From Tubiluchus corallicola (Eukaryota; Animalia; Priapulida): 64,000 nt of DNA. Below, piece by piece: positions 63,451 through 64,000 of the stretch. The notes below the pieces were generated by a model. The model was not told the origin of the DNA. It did no database searches and worked only from the letters and a program-made list of their open reading frames with translations. The position numbers were made by a program, and so were the translations under genes. The stretch covers positions 1 through 64,000 of the forward strand of contig JAQGDQ010000421.1 of assembly GCA_030141605.1 (NCBI GenBank). Reading direction: 5' to 3'. Numbering within the stretch: the first letter of the stretch is position 1; the number at the start of each line of letters is the position of its first letter.

Positions 63451-64000
63451 AGTAGCTAAAACAAATAATACTCAAGTCATTTCCCCCCTTTCTTTCATTA
63501 CTCAAAAATGCAACGTTTAACTGTAATTTTGTATCAGTGTACTTCTATTTAATTAGTTGGCTAACTTACCTATGTAATCCAAATTATGCCAAAAATGTTA
63601 ATTATTGTTACTACTAACACTGAAAATTACCTTTTAAACAAAGCTTTTATGAATTAACTTTATTTGCATGCACTGTTTGACATGTATGTACTGTGTTTTG
63701 CCAATGTACATTATATTTATGTATTTGAGCAATAAATTGAAATTGAAATGGACTTATGATTTCCAAGGCCTGAATAGTCATTGTTTCATAAAGTAATAAT
63801 CTAGCTTTCATAACACTGATCACCTACTTAGCTTTGTCGCCCCAACTCATAATTTCGCTTTTCATGTAGCTGATTTTCTCGTTTCTATATCAGTCTGAAA
63901 AGAATGCAAGTACTTTTTGCCGTCTGGCGGCGTTTCGAAAAAATTCGTAAACCAGTTTTCAACTTCGGGAATGTTACTGGGTAGGCACGGACGTTGAATT

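Overview
AT-rich metazoan (invertebrate-like) genomic DNA with intron-rich genes and many decayed transposons. I traced splice sites by hand. (1) An ABCA2-like lipid transporter lies on the minus strand, with 20 coding exons from the ATG at 23923 down to about 1411. It stops inside exon 20, before the first nucleotide-binding domain, where an apparently identical inverted copy (1-1415) of its own intron 15 (6418-7832) begins. (2) Two intronless class A GPCR paralogues face each other tail-to-tail (36869-37897 +, 45776-46804 -). They are about 90% identical and have non-canonical conserved motifs. They sit in an old inverted duplication that later received a recent, apparently identical 1.5-kb insertion copied from the other arm. 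(3) A complete 9-exon DHRS11-like short-chain dehydrogenase lies on the minus strand (50881-60726). An intact second copy of its last exon and 3' UTR sits between the two GPCRs (42494-42535). Intergenic and intronic space holds hAT and pogo-like MITEs, foldback elements, CR1/L2/Rex1-type LINE fragments, tRNA-derived SINE-like pieces, an LTR relic with a tRNA-Leu primer-binding site, and long microsatellites. The recurring theme is local copy-and-paste with microhomology junctions (three cases). This reflects either template-switch repair or, for the identical copies, assembly or amplification chimeras. All identities were judged by eye and no database searches were run.
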